Shown here piece after piece: positions 37,705 through 47,055 of a DNA stretch of 64,000 bases. The notes beneath the pieces were generated by a model. That model was given only the letters and a program-made list of their open reading frames with translations. It was not told where the DNA came from and ran no database searches. How positions within the stretch are numbered: the first letter of the stretch is position 1; every line of letters begins with the position of its first letter. The stretch lies in IMG/VR virus record IMGVR_UViG_3300025769_011517; one strand, 5' to 3'. The DNA comes from an uncultured virus (IMG/VR IMGVR_UViG_3300025769_011517) (Duplodnaviria; Heunggongvirae; Uroviricota; Caudoviricetes). The position numbers and the translations under genes are program-made.

Positions 37705-39267
37705 TTACTGAACACCCTCGGTGGTGTCAATCGGTCTTGTTACTGTTACCTCAGGCTCAAACGCTAATCCCGCAAGCGACACAGCGACTTTTTCCATCAG
37801 TTCTTCTTCTGCAAGTTCTGTCGTAAAGTGGACATCAACGCCATCTTCTGACTTAAACGAGAACACAGGCAGGCCAGACATAGCGCCGTTAACAGCCAGT
37901 GCTTCTTTCTCTGAACACTTGACATGGACAACAAAGCCTGAAGTCACCTTCTCGCCCTGCTCGCCAGGACGAGACATCGGGGCTTCAGTCAAGAAGTCTT
38001 CGACCGCACCGATCAAAGTCAACGTGGCCTCACGCAACTCACCGGCACCACGAAGCTTCAGCATCTCATTGTAAGCCATAAGTAGCAGAGCCATGGGGTC
38101 CTTAAGATACTCAGGCTTCTTGCTAGGCATCATATGGCCCTTTTCTTCGGTCCCACAAGAACACCCTGCAGCCTTTGCTTCTTCAACCTCAACCCCAGCA
38201 AGGTAGTTGTTATGCGAGTTGATGTTAGCGTTACCATCAAACTTTTTAAGTGCTTCTAAATACTCTTCATGCGTTTCACACGGCATGTAACCGCCGCCAT
38301 GTGAGTGATAACCAGAACAACCAAAGGTCTTAGCCCAAGCAAGAGCAATATCCGGGGTAGCCCACGAACCCTGCTCATCATCAGCATCTCTCACGCCCGC
38401 AGGCTCTTCAGCATTCTTTTCGTCAGTATCTTTAATCATCATTGAAGGGGGTGCCTCCTCCCCTACCGGGGTGTAGCTTGTTGTGGGCTTTACACGTGTA
38501 GGCCGACCAACCTGAACCTGACCATTTTCAACAGAAATCGTGGCGCTCCATGTCATGTCTTCGCCTGTTTGGAATACAACGTTATTTCCATCCATTTCAA
38601 TAATCTGAACGGGCTTACGCAAAGCCTGAGACAGCATTCGCCCCAAACGCTCTGACATTGCATCCATAGTACTAGCAGGGCCGTCTTTATCTTCATCCTC
38701 AACGTAATAGCCTTTGGATGCCTTGCCCTTTTCATCATCTTTAACAGAAATCGTTGCGGTCAACTGATTCGCTCCATGCAGAACAGGAGAAATTTCGTAC
38801 AACTCTACCTCTTTGAGAATGTTAGCTTGCTTAACTGCATCAAAATCTGCAGTAATTGTCTTGTAACCAATTGACCACTCTTGCTCATTGCCGTAAAATG
38901 CAACATTTGCAAACGCTTCACGACCACGTTCAGTATTAAGGTTGAACTGAACCTTAGCAAACAAGCCACCAACTCCAGCCTGCTTCATCTTTTCAGGCAG
39001 GCGTGGATCAGTCTTAGGGACTTCGTAAATCTCTAGAACTTTACCAATTGGCTGATTCCAATCGTGGCCCCAAACAACCCGTGGTTTGCGTCGCTTCAGA
39101 GACCCGTTAAACGCACCTGCGATAACGATGTCGCCAACAGAATCTTTATTTCCAATACCTGACACAAACGCTTCAACGATGCCTTGAGCCTTGTCGATAC
39201 CAATCTGGCCTGAAATAGCCTTGAATTGGGTGTCGTGCTCGGTGTCATTTAGTTCTGCAACAGTCAT
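37705..39267 (-). CDS. HK97-family prohead protease with long C-terminal extension
   Basis: GIVEAFVSGIGNKDSVGD..GAF..WGHDWNQPIG..WSIGY..LKEVELYEISPVLHGAN. Confidence 0.92.
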   Translation of the reverse strand: MTVAELNDTEHDTQFKAISGQIGIDKAQGIVEAFVSGIGNKDSVGDIVIAGAFNGSLKRRKPRVVWGHDWNQPIGKVLEIYEVPKTDPRLPEKMKQAGVGGLFAKVQFNLNTERGREAFANVAFYGNEQEWSIGYKTITADFDAVKQANILKEVELYEISPVLHGANQLTATISVKDDEKGKASKGYYVEDEDKDGPASTMDAMSERLGRMLSQALRKPVQIIEMDGNNVVFQTGEDMTWSATISVENGQVQVGRPTRVKPTTSYTPVGEEAPPSMMIKDTDEKNAEEPAGVRDADDEQGSWATPDIALAWAKTFGCSGYHSHGGGYMPCETHEEYLEALKKFDGNANINSHNNYLAGVEVEEAKAAGCSCGTEEKGHMMPSKKPEYLKDPMALLLMAYNEMLKLRGAGELREATLTLIGAVEDFLTEAPMSRPGEQGEKVTSGFVVHVKCSEKEALAVNGAMSGLPVFSFKSEDGVDVHFTTELAEEELMEKVAVSLAGLAFEPEVTVTRPIDTTEGVQ

Positions 39268-39358
39268 AACTCTCCTCTGAGGACTAGTCTCCTATGTGAT
39301 ATTGTACAGACCCAAGGGGGCGCCCAGCCGCTACTATATATAAATACTTATATATAAA

Positions 39359-40189
39359 CTACCTGCTGAAGCGCAGAATACAACGACAATTGATCGTCAA
39401 ACCGGGCGGAGCCAAAGGGTCTTTCGGGAATCGAATAGATACACCATTCACAAAAAACGGCGTACCAACAGCAACTTTTTCACCATGTAACTGCCTATGA
39501 GCAGACCTAACCCGCTCATCCATTAAAGACACCCACTGTTTTTGTACAATTTGACCCGTTCTTTGCTCTTCCGCAACTGCAGAATCATACAAGCCTTGAT
39601 TGTACGGACCCAAAACAGCAGCGTCAACAATCAACTTTCGACGCTTTGTTCGGAGTTTATTGAAAATAGCTTTTATCAAAGAATAGGCTAAAGCAATCTT
39701 TAAAGCGATATCAACGTCGCCATCATTCTCATCAGTCAATTGTGCAGCAGTAACTAAAGCAGCCGCAACTTCTTCTTGCGTGGTTGTGTTAAAATTATTG
39801 ACTGCTGCTAAATGTTCAGATGTCGCTGCTTCTGACACTTGCTCAGAGACAGGAGCGCCATATCCTTCTTCAATATTGTCTTCAACCGCTTTACGATACG
39901 TGGCTGCCATAGAAGCTAACAACGCAACAGTTGACGGTGTAAGTAACGCCACAGGAATTGCAGACAGAATTAAAGCAACAGAGCCACTAGCAATTGCAGC
40001 TTGTACAGCATCGCTATCTAACTCATCTAGAACAGCCTGCTCTTGATCGTCAAAAACTTTATCAAGTTCTGAGTTTAGTCTGTCTTCTAAAGAGCTGACT
40101 GTGTATAAAGTTTTAGTCTTCCAGTCGGAAGCGTTTAAGAGAGAAGGTCCTCCAGCAGCGCCAGTCTTCGTTCTAAAGGGAGACTCTTC
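39359..40189 (-). CDS. MuF/SPP1-gp7-like minor head protein, probably made as a -1 frameshift fusion to the portal
   Basis: KQWVSLMDERVRSAHRQLHGE..RFPKDP..TINCRC MuF motif; frame open to 40189 with no ATG/GTG/TTG for about 79 codons above 39952. Confidence 0.8.
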   Translation of the reverse strand, partial: EESPFRTKTGAAGGPSLLNASDWKTKTLYTVSSLEDRLNSELDKVFDDQEQAVLDELDSDAVQAAIASGSVALILSAIPVALLTPSTVALLASMAATYRKAVEDNIEEGYGAPVSEQVSEAATSEHLAAVNNFNTTTQEEVAAALVTAAQLTDENDGDVDIALKIALAYSLIKAIFNKLRTKRRKLIVDAAVLGPYNQGLYDSAVAEEQRTGQIVQKQWVSLMDERVRSAHRQLHGEKVAVGTPFFVNGVSIRFPKDPLAPPGLTINCRCILRFSR

Positions 40190-41775
40190 TCACCCTCCTG
40201 GCCCTCCTCGTCCTCCTCATCGTCTAGTTCGCTAGGAACTGCACTTGCGGGGGCTTCAATCTGCTGGGTTCCTTGAACGTCACCCATCGGAACAAAAGCG
40301 CCTTGTTCTGGGCTAAACTCTGTGACCTGCTGCTGTAGAGCGGCGGTAGCTTGCTGCTGAAGAGGAACACCAGCTTCAACAAACCCACCATCAGGAGGAG
40401 CGGGAGCAGCAGGAGCACCACCAGCCATTGGGTCCATACCGCCCATGCCACCCATGCCAGCCATACCAGCATCAGCACCCATGCCAGCCATACCAGCATC
40501 AGCACCCATGCCTTGATCCTGCTGTCCTTCAGGCTGCATAGGCTTTTCAGTATTAGCAACAGGAGTAAGGTTGGGATTAGCCAGCAGTGAATCAGCAAGC
40601 TCAGACTCAACCTTCTTACGGGCTGCCGCCTCTCTATACTCATTAGTACTAATCAGCCCCTGCTGGAACTCTGACAAGTAGTGCTTCTCTCGCTCCTGCT
40701 TCGACAGAATCAAAATCGGAACATCAGACGTATCAAAGTCTACAAAGTATGACTCATCAATAGCGTCAAACGAACGAGCAATAAGATTCAAATGAGGAGT
40801 CATAGTCTCCATCCAGAAGACTTTGCCCTCCTCCATCGCATTAGAAAACGTTCGATTAGCAGAGTTACCAATAATCGACTCTGGTACACCAAATGCCGCT
40901 AAAATTTCTTCCTTCGTAATTGTTCGCATCTGCTGATACGCAGCATCACGAGGACTAGCAGCAGTATCCACGAAATCAGCGCCATCATCTGCAGAAATTA
41001 CACCGACCGCACCAGCTCTACCAATATTCCCACGGAAACGAGACCGCAACTCATCTTTATCTTCGTCAGAAATCTCACTACGCAACACAAGCAATCCACC
41101 GGGGCGCCCATCATTAATCAAGAAGTTTCTATTGTACAGCTTAGCCAAAGTCTCTTGCTCAATCGCAATACCAGAAGCCTCCATCGGAGTCATTGACAAA
41201 TATGGATCAAGCGGATGAGGTCTGCGAATCCAAATCACATCTTTAGGCTTAATGATCCGCTTCTCCATAGCATTGATCTGAACTTCAAACCCCTTAACAA
41301 AGTTCTTTACATCAGGAATTGGAGAAGTATTCTGAGGCGGCAACAAATGCATAGCAATAGGCGTACCATCTCTAGATCGCACAACCTCAACAAACACTCC
41401 TCTCGTGCTCATCATCAACTGCGAACTCATTCTATAACGAAATGCCCAAGCATTCTCACCAACGTTCGCCGTGTTGTTGAAAATCTTCAGAATAGGGTTA
41501 TCGGTTACAATCTCCCCAAAAGGATTATTGTCCTTACGAAGAATCATGGGAAGACTAGCTTGGTTAGACGCAATAACGTCAATTGAGCGATAAACCCAAG
41601 TTACCTTAGCAACAGCTTCTTTATAAGTCTTAACAATATCCCAGCCATCGTGATAGCCACGATTATTGTTCTGAATGGTTGGACTGTACGCAACAGGAGC
41701 GCCCACAGCAATCTGTGCCGCTTTTTCTGTAACCCCTGATTGAAGTGATTTATTTGAACTAGAGTTCCACGCCAT
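40135..41775 (-). CDS. Portal protein (HK97 family)
   Basis: WVYRSIDVIASNQASLP..NFLINDGRPGGLL..KEEILAAFGVPESIIG..TFSN. Confidence 0.92.
   Translation of the reverse strand: MAWNSSSNKSLQSGVTEKAAQIAVGAPVAYSPTIQNNNRGYHDGWDIVKTYKEAVAKVTWVYRSIDVIASNQASLPMILRKDNNPFGEIVTDNPILKIFNNTANVGENAWAFRYRMSSQLMMSTRGVFVEVVRSRDGTPIAMHLLPPQNTSPIPDVKNFVKGFEVQINAMEKRIIKPKDVIWIRRPHPLDPYLSMTPMEASGIAIEQETLAKLYNRNFLINDGRPGGLLVLRSEISDEDKDELRSRFRGNIGRAGAVGVISADDGADFVDTAASPRDAAYQQMRTITKEEILAAFGVPESIIGNSANRTFSNAMEEGKVFWMETMTPHLNLIARSFDAIDESYFVDFDTSDVPILILSKQEREKHYLSEFQQGLISTNEYREAAARKKVESELADSLLANPNLTPVANTEKPMQPEGQQDQGMGADAGMAGMGADAGMAGMGGMGGMDPMAGGAPAAPAPPDGGFVEAGVPLQQQATAALQQQVTEFSPEQGAFVPMGDVQGTQQIEAPASAVPSELDDEEDEEGQEGEKSLPLERRLALLEDLLS
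40174..40180 (-). promoter_or_regulatory. -1 slippery heptamer C CCT TTA
   Basis: In-frame X XXY YYZ in portal codons CTC CCT TTA; GGAGGG lies 12 nt upstream. Confidence 0.7.
40451..40510. repeat. 27-bp tandem repeat in portal C-terminal tail
   Basis: cccatgccagccataccagcatcagca twice, encoding MGADAGMAG repeats. Confidence 0.85.
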
Positions 41776-41933
41776 TATTCAGCCCCTAATAAGTACCCGT
41801 AAATTCCACAAGCAAGGCCAGCACTTGCCAGCCCCCATCCCAAACTTAGTATACTAATACCAAAGCCGATAAAAAGAATGCCAGCGCCCATACAAACATG
41901 AGCAGCTACAGAACGGGACAGAAATTTCTTCAT
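41775..41933 (-). CDS. Small membrane protein upstream of portal, 52 aa (not in ORF track)
   Basis: MKKFLSRSVAAHVCMGAGILFIGFGISILSLGWGLASAGLACGIYGYLLGAE*; TAATG overlap with portal; TAAAGT-6 nt-ATG. Confidence 0.75.
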   Translation of the reverse strand: MKKFLSRSVAAHVCMGAGILFIGFGISILSLGWGLASAGLACGIYGYLLGAE

Positions 41934-41974
41934 AGGTATACTTTACCGTGAAAACCTCTAGGAGACAAGCAGAT

Positions 41975-43291
41975 ATGTCAGTGCAAACTCAGGATTGGGA
42001 AAAAATTAGAGAGTATCTAGAGCCACGGCGTTCAGAATACTGGGTTGAAGAACCCTCACTAACTCAGAAAGTATTCCTAAAATCCGTGGGACAAGAAGTC
42101 ATGTTTGGTGGTGCAGCAGGCGGTGGTAAGTCTTCCGCCCTAATCATGGCTGCCTTACAGTACGTAGATGTCCCAGGTTACAGTGCAATCCTATTCAGGC
42201 GTACATACGCTGACCTTGCACTACCCGGCGCTCTCATGGACCGTTTCCGAGACTGGATTATGCAATACGACGACGTTCATTGGAACGCCAACCAGTACAC
42301 CGCAACATTTCCATCCGGCGCTAGAATCACCTTCGGGTACCTAAACAACGTAAACGACTACCTTAGATACAAAGGTTCGGAATTCCAATTCATTGGCATG
42401 GACGAGGTTACAGAAATTCGAGAGTCTGACTACCGATACATGTTCTCTCGTTTACGTCGTCCCGCCACAGGACCTCTTTCAGAAGTGCCACTACGAATGA
42501 GATGTGCTACAAACCCCGCCCCCAACTGGGTCCGACAACGATTCCTCGTAGAAGGTGAAAAGAGCGGAAGAATCTTTATTCCTTCCATGCTCACCGACAA
42601 CCCCGGAATTGATCCTGACTCTTACCGGGCCATGCTTCAAGAGCTAGACCCTATTGAAAGAAACCGTCTTGAATTTGGTGACTGGTGGGCAACCACACTC
42701 GGCTCAATGTTTGACCGAAACAATTTGGAAGTCATTGAATTTACAGAAATCCCTTCTTTCAGCAAAGAAACAGAGATTGTGCGCTTCTGGGACTTGGCAG
42801 GTACGGAGCCTACTGCAAGCAACCCTGATCCTGACTGGACAGTAGGATGCTTGGCGGCGTTTGAAAACGGTGTGTTTTATATTTTGGATGTTCGAAGAAT
42901 CAGGGCCAAGGGCGACCGTGTAGAGAAATTTGTTCGAGACACCGCAATTGAAGATGGGCCGGAAGTTCCAATTCAAATGGAGCAAGAGCCGGGGTCAGCA
43001 GGCAAAAACCTTATTGATCAGTACGCCCGTTATGTTCTACCCGGATACGACTTCAAAGGTCAAAGAGCAACCGGTGATAAAGTAACTAGAGCCAAACCTT
43101 TTGCCGCAGCAGTAGCTAACGGAAACGTAAGGCTTGTCCGGGCTGACTGGAACAGCGACTTTATTGACGAGCTTTCGTCTTTCCCTGAAGCCCGAGTTCA
43201 CGATGACCAAGTCGATGCCGCAGTTCATGCCTTCAACACCTGTGCCGGATTAGGCATGGGACTACGGCGTAAGATTGAAATAATTATTTAA
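41975..43291 (+). CDS. terL: Terminase large subunit
   Basis: Walker A FGGAAGGGKS, Walker B FIGMDE, ATNP, RFWDLA, HDDQVDA; start MSVQT with GGAG RBS. Confidence 0.95.
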   Translation: MSVQTQDWEKIREYLEPRRSEYWVEEPSLTQKVFLKSVGQEVMFGGAAGGGKSSALIMAALQYVDVPGYSAILFRRTYADLALPGALMDRFRDWIMQYDDVHWNANQYTATFPSGARITFGYLNNVNDYLRYKGSEFQFIGMDEVTEIRESDYRYMFSRLRRPATGPLSEVPLRMRCATNPAPNWVRQRFLVEGEKSGRIFIPSMLTDNPGIDPDSYRAMLQELDPIERNRLEFGDWWATTLGSMFDRNNLEVIEFTEIPSFSKETEIVRFWDLAGTEPTASNPDPDWTVGCLAAFENGVFYILDVRRIRAKGDRVEKFVRDTAIEDGPEVPIQMEQEPGSAGKNLIDQYARYVLPGYDFKGQRATGDKVTRAKPFAAAVANGNVRLVRADWNSDFIDELSSFPEARVHDDQVDAAVHAFNTCAGLGMGLRRKIEIII

Positions 43292-44244
43292 ACGGAACAG
43301 AGCTGGTTGTACAACGACACCTTTAAACGATGACTAAAGTTGTCAATCTCTAAAGAGTGCTGAGCCGCTTCCAAACCAGGGATGTCCCTATGGAAATCAA
43401 TGTACTCACAGATGGAATTGAACGCTGCCCACTTACTATGACCAAACATGCCGAAGTTGTAGTCTGAGCGGTACAAAGAGTTGATCGTGTCAATGACGTT
43501 TTCGGCGTGCTCCCGCTTGTTTTTAGAAGACGCCGTGTTAGGGTTCCACTGAGAATGCAAAACGCTTTCAAACTGAAACTCAGACACGGGCGAAAGCAAC
43601 TTCTGAAGTGTCGCCTTGAAAGACGTACTCCACGCTTGGCGCATCGTCAAAACTTCAGTCACCTCACTATCCCTATCAGCATGATTGGGAGTATGACGTT
43701 TACGGATACAAAAGTCAGCGCTTTCATCAGTAAACCGATAAACCGAATTGTTGCGTCTACGAACATCAAGATTGTAATAACAAACCGGCACAGAACCATC
43801 GTGGGAAGTCATGGCGATAACATAAGTGTCAACTAAGTCTTTATCCCCAGAACCTATAATCTCCAGCGTTCCAGTAAAGATTGCCACAAAGAACTTTCTA
43901 CCATCATCAAGATTGCCGCAACTGTCTAAGCGTGCAGCGCCGTTAAAAGCATCAACAATTGAATGTGCCCGCTCCATAATGTCTGAGTTGGGCACAATAA
44001 CATAACGGTCTTTAACAACTTCCCAGTTTTCCTGACGCACGCCAGAATCTGCTAATGCGTCTGTAACGTGTCTACCAGTACAGAAGCGATCTTCAACTTC
44101 AACATACTTATTCTGAAACTGATCCCAAACATAAATAGGGTTTAGAACGACATTGTAGTTAGACTTGCTGAGACGCAAAGCCTCTTCCGTGGAGTTACTA
44201 TTAATAGGCGTGGAAAGTGAACGCCAAGAATAATTATCTGTCAT
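43288..44244 (-). CDS. DUF932-family protein
   Basis: VVKDRYVIVPN..GNLDDGRKFF..TSHDGS..KRHT..SKWAAFNSICEYIDFHR. Confidence 0.75.
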   Translation of the reverse strand: MTDNYSWRSLSTPINSNSTEEALRLSKSNYNVVLNPIYVWDQFQNKYVEVEDRFCTGRHVTDALADSGVRQENWEVVKDRYVIVPNSDIMERAHSIVDAFNGAARLDSCGNLDDGRKFFVAIFTGTLEIIGSGDKDLVDTYVIAMTSHDGSVPVCYYNLDVRRRNNSVYRFTDESADFCIRKRHTPNHADRDSEVTEVLTMRQAWSTSFKATLQKLLSPVSEFQFESVLHSQWNPNTASSKNKREHAENVIDTINSLYRSDYNFGMFGHSKWAAFNSICEYIDFHRDIPGLEAAQHSLEIDNFSHRLKVSLYNQLCSV

Positions 44245-44569
44245 CTCCAGAGCCACCAATCTTACCACGCTCATACCGGCTAGACAACTTTAAGATATTT
44301 GCTTCAGCAACATCCGTTAAAGTAAAGCCAAGCTCCCAAGCCATACCAGACACATACCAGAGAACATCACCAAGTTCTTTTTTGATCGCTTCTTTAACTT
44401 CATCAGAGAAGTCACCGCCGCTATCACGGATCACTTTCTTAACTTTATCAGCTACTTCGCCTGCTTCGCTAACTAACCCTAGCGTGGTGTACTCTATACC
44501 CTTCTCGGGAGGAAACACAGCGGTTTCTTTAGCAGCAGCTTGGTATGCATTCATGTCCATAGACTTCAC
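44234..44569 (-). CDS. MazG-like nucleotide pyrophosphohydrolase
   Basis: LGLVSEAGEVADKVKK..KELGDVLWY..NILKLSSRYERGKIGGSGDDR. Confidence 0.9.
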   Translation of the reverse strand: MKSMDMNAYQAAAKETAVFPPEKGIEYTTLGLVSEAGEVADKVKKVIRDSGGDFSDEVKEAIKKELGDVLWYVSGMAWELGFTLTDVAEANILKLSSRYERGKIGGSGDDR

Positions 44570-44572
44570 CTT

Positions 44573-45094
44573 TTAGACTTGCTCGGAATGTCCAGTAACA
44601 CGCTCAACCTTGATGTCTTCACCAGTGTTAGACTCAATGGGTACCCAGGCAGGTGAGTAGGTGTGCTGCTTGATCTTACGCATCTTGATCAAAGAGCCTT
44701 CTGCTAAAATATCAAACTCTTCAGAAGTCAAGCTCATGCGGCTACGCAACGAATCATGATCGTAACGGCCAGACTGTAAAATTTCTCCCATCATATTAGA
44801 CAAGTACTTGGCAATAACAATGCTACGATACCTGTTCAGATCAATGTGGAGCAGCATGGCTTCAATATCATCAACGTCAATAACAACGACAGGAACCTTT
44901 ACTATTTCTAATTCGTTAGCGATCTTCCAGCGATGAAAACCATCAATAATAGTACCGTTAGGTTGAATCACAATCGGGCTTAAAATACCATACTGCTTTA
45001 TAGACTTCTCCATTTTCTTGTAATCAGGAGAAACCAAATAACAAGCAGATGTCCACTTGGCTGGCCGAATATCTGTAATGTTAGCTAAATCCAT
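44573..45094 (-). CDS. ParB-like N-terminal-domain protein (IbrB/YbdM-like)
   Basis: SIKQYGILSPIVI..IIDGFHRW..VPVVVI. Confidence 0.8.
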   Translation of the reverse strand: MDLANITDIRPAKWTSACYLVSPDYKKMEKSIKQYGILSPIVIQPNGTIIDGFHRWKIANELEIVKVPVVVIDVDDIEAMLLHIDLNRYRSIVIAKYLSNMMGEILQSGRYDHDSLRSRMSLTSEEFDILAEGSLIKMRKIKQHTYSPAWVPIESNTGEDIKVERVTGHSEQV

Positions 45095-45103
45095 GTAAGT
45101 ACC

Positions 45104-46276
45104 CTACCTTCTATCATCTTGCATGTCAAGGCTGTTCGCATCCATCATAATCTGGTCCTCTTGCTCTAGCAAAGCTTTCCGTTTATTATGTGCTTTTGTT
45201 TTAGGACCGACCGGGCTAGGCGACCCAATAAACTCATTAAGCAGCAGCGTGCGAATTAAATGATCAATCGGATACCCATACGGGTCTTTGACGTGCTTCT
45301 TCTTGAAATCGTTACTATAAACCATTGCGGCTTTGCGCATACCCGGAGTCAAAATGTTGTCCTCAATGCAATACTTCACTCCAGTCCAACTCATTGACTC
45401 ATACATGTCGATAACTTTCTCAATATCAAACTCTGACCACAACTGCCGTTGTGCTTCAATTTGAGGAAAGCACCGATATAGCTCGTCGTAGAATTCAGGT
45501 TCAGTACGCAGAACATCAATCAACCGTCTAGACGCAACAGAGTGAAGAGGAATACCAACTCTTTGATTTGCGCCACTCATAGCAGCATAGTCGTAGTAAG
45601 CACAGTACGGAGCGTTATGTTCTTCTGAGATGAACTTCAAAACATCATCAGAAGTCCAGTCATAAATAATCTTGGCAAACCGCAACGGGATTGATTTTGA
45701 CAATTTGAACGGACGGTTAATATAGTTCTCATGGAGTTTCTGAGTAACTGTACGGTAACGAATCATTGATTCATTTGCACGAACACCTGTAATAAACGCT
45801 GTACGCCCCTTCTTGCCCTGCATCGTGTACTCGTCAATCTTGCGAGGAATAGGCTTACCGGGGTCAATACCAAAGTGCTCCGCCCTAATAGCATTATCAG
45901 GGAAAGGTCTAAACAGTCTTCCTTCAGCTGCTCGCTTCGGAGACCACAATAAGACATACTCCCGTGCGCCAAGCACCCAAACTTCCTGCCCCACAGGAAG
46001 GCAATACCACTCCATGTCCACCCAGTCATACTCGCTGACCCGCTGCACATACTCTGCTACAGCCGGAGAAAGCATTTCTTCATCACGGAAAATGACTTTA
46101 ACCGGACCGAGGCCACGCTCTTCATGAACTTCCTTCGCCAGATAAAGACATGCCGTGGAGTCTTTGCCGCCACTAAACTGAATGCACACAGTATCAAATG
46201 TGTCATACACGTGACGGATACGCTCACGAGCCGCATCGACACAATTTATGTCTAGAAACATTCTGCGTCTAGCCAT
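45104..46276 (-). CDS. PAPS-reductase-family PP-loop protein (IbrA/YbdN-like)
   Basis: FSGGKDS, VIFRDEE, WYCLP, GVRANESMIR, IYDWTSDDV. Confidence 0.85.
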   Translation of the reverse strand: MARRRMFLDINCVDAARERIRHVYDTFDTVCIQFSGGKDSTACLYLAKEVHEERGLGPVKVIFRDEEMLSPAVAEYVQRVSEYDWVDMEWYCLPVGQEVWVLGAREYVLLWSPKRAAEGRLFRPFPDNAIRAEHFGIDPGKPIPRKIDEYTMQGKKGRTAFITGVRANESMIRYRTVTQKLHENYINRPFKLSKSIPLRFAKIIYDWTSDDVLKFISEEHNAPYCAYYDYAAMSGANQRVGIPLHSVASRRLIDVLRTEPEFYDELYRCFPQIEAQRQLWSEFDIEKVIDMYESMSWTGVKYCIEDNILTPGMRKAAMVYSNDFKKKHVKDPYGYPIDHLIRTLLLNEFIGSPSPVGPKTKAHNKRKALLEQEDQIMMDANSLDMQDDRR

Positions 46277-46278
46277 AC

Positions 46279-47055
46279 TTAACCCATCTCTGAATGCTGA
46301 GCAATAAAATCAAACAGTCGTTCTGAAGTCGTTTCGCCATCATAGACCGGGCTTTCTCTAAGCCACTTAATGAACGCATACCACTTTGACTGCTGTTCAG
46401 CACTATCAAACACTAGCGTAAACTGAATTGAAGCATTGTTGACTCCAGAAACACCAGCACTAGTACTACCCTGAGTAACAATCGTGGAAGTGCTTGGTGT
46501 AGGCTGATCTCCAGAGCCAGTTGGCTGAGGTGTTGCTGCAGGAGGAGGTGAGTCTACACCCACATCATTCAAAACGATTTCAGGGGCAGTCCATCCAGCA
46601 TTGCTATCGTTAGCCAACTCGGCTGTAATAACTGTGTTCTCAATTGCGGCCACTGAAAAGTCATCCCAACCTAGCACTTCAAAAAAGCTCTCGTCATCAC
46701 CAATGACATCAGTCAGCAACTCGTACAGAAGTTCATTGTCAGTTGTGCCCAAGTCAGAAATGCGGTTGTCTGCCAATGCAAACGCTAACGCATCATCGTT
46801 GTCTAGATCAACAATAGACACAGCAATCTGCTGCCATCCCAACTGCTTAGCTGCTTCTAGCTGATGGTTACCCGCAATGACTGTCAACGAACCATCAGCA
46901 TCACTTACAGCCACAATGGGCTTAACCTGACCAAACTTGTTATACGACGCCATGATTGCATCAACATTGCCTCGGCGTGCGTTGTTCTCCAGTGGACGCA
47001 ACAACTCAATGTCTACTGCTAGGCTTTGAATATTATCTGCAATGTTGTGAATCAT
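46279..47055 (-). CDS. ParB-like N-terminal-domain protein
   Basis: NARRGNVDAIMASYNKFGQVKPIV..VIAGNHQLEAAKQLGW..ALADNR. Confidence 0.8.
   Translation of the reverse strand: MIHNIADNIQSLAVDIELLRPLENNARRGNVDAIMASYNKFGQVKPIVAVSDADGSLTVIAGNHQLEAAKQLGWQQIAVSIVDLDNDDALAFALADNRISDLGTTDNELLYELLTDVIGDDESFFEVLGWDDFSVAAIENTVITAELANDSNAGWTAPEIVLNDVGVDSPPPAATPQPTGSGDQPTPSTSTIVTQGSTSAGVSGVNNASIQFTLVFDSAEQQSKWYAFIKWLRESPVYDGETTSERLFDFIAQHSEMG

Noticed and set aside
39359..39952. MuF as a stand-alone 197-aa gene or a pseudogene
   Set aside because: The GTG at 39952 lacks an RBS or -10 and the frame is open far upstream; motifs are intact. A sequencing indel cannot be fully excluded.
19685..43291. Introns or inteins in RNR, capsid or terminase
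   Set aside because: Lengths are ordinary, motifs are contiguous, and no splice-junction signatures were noticed.
44573..47055. ParABS partition system
   Set aside because: ParB-N domains lack an evident HTH, no ParA ATPase or parS repeats were seen, and the context is modification-type.
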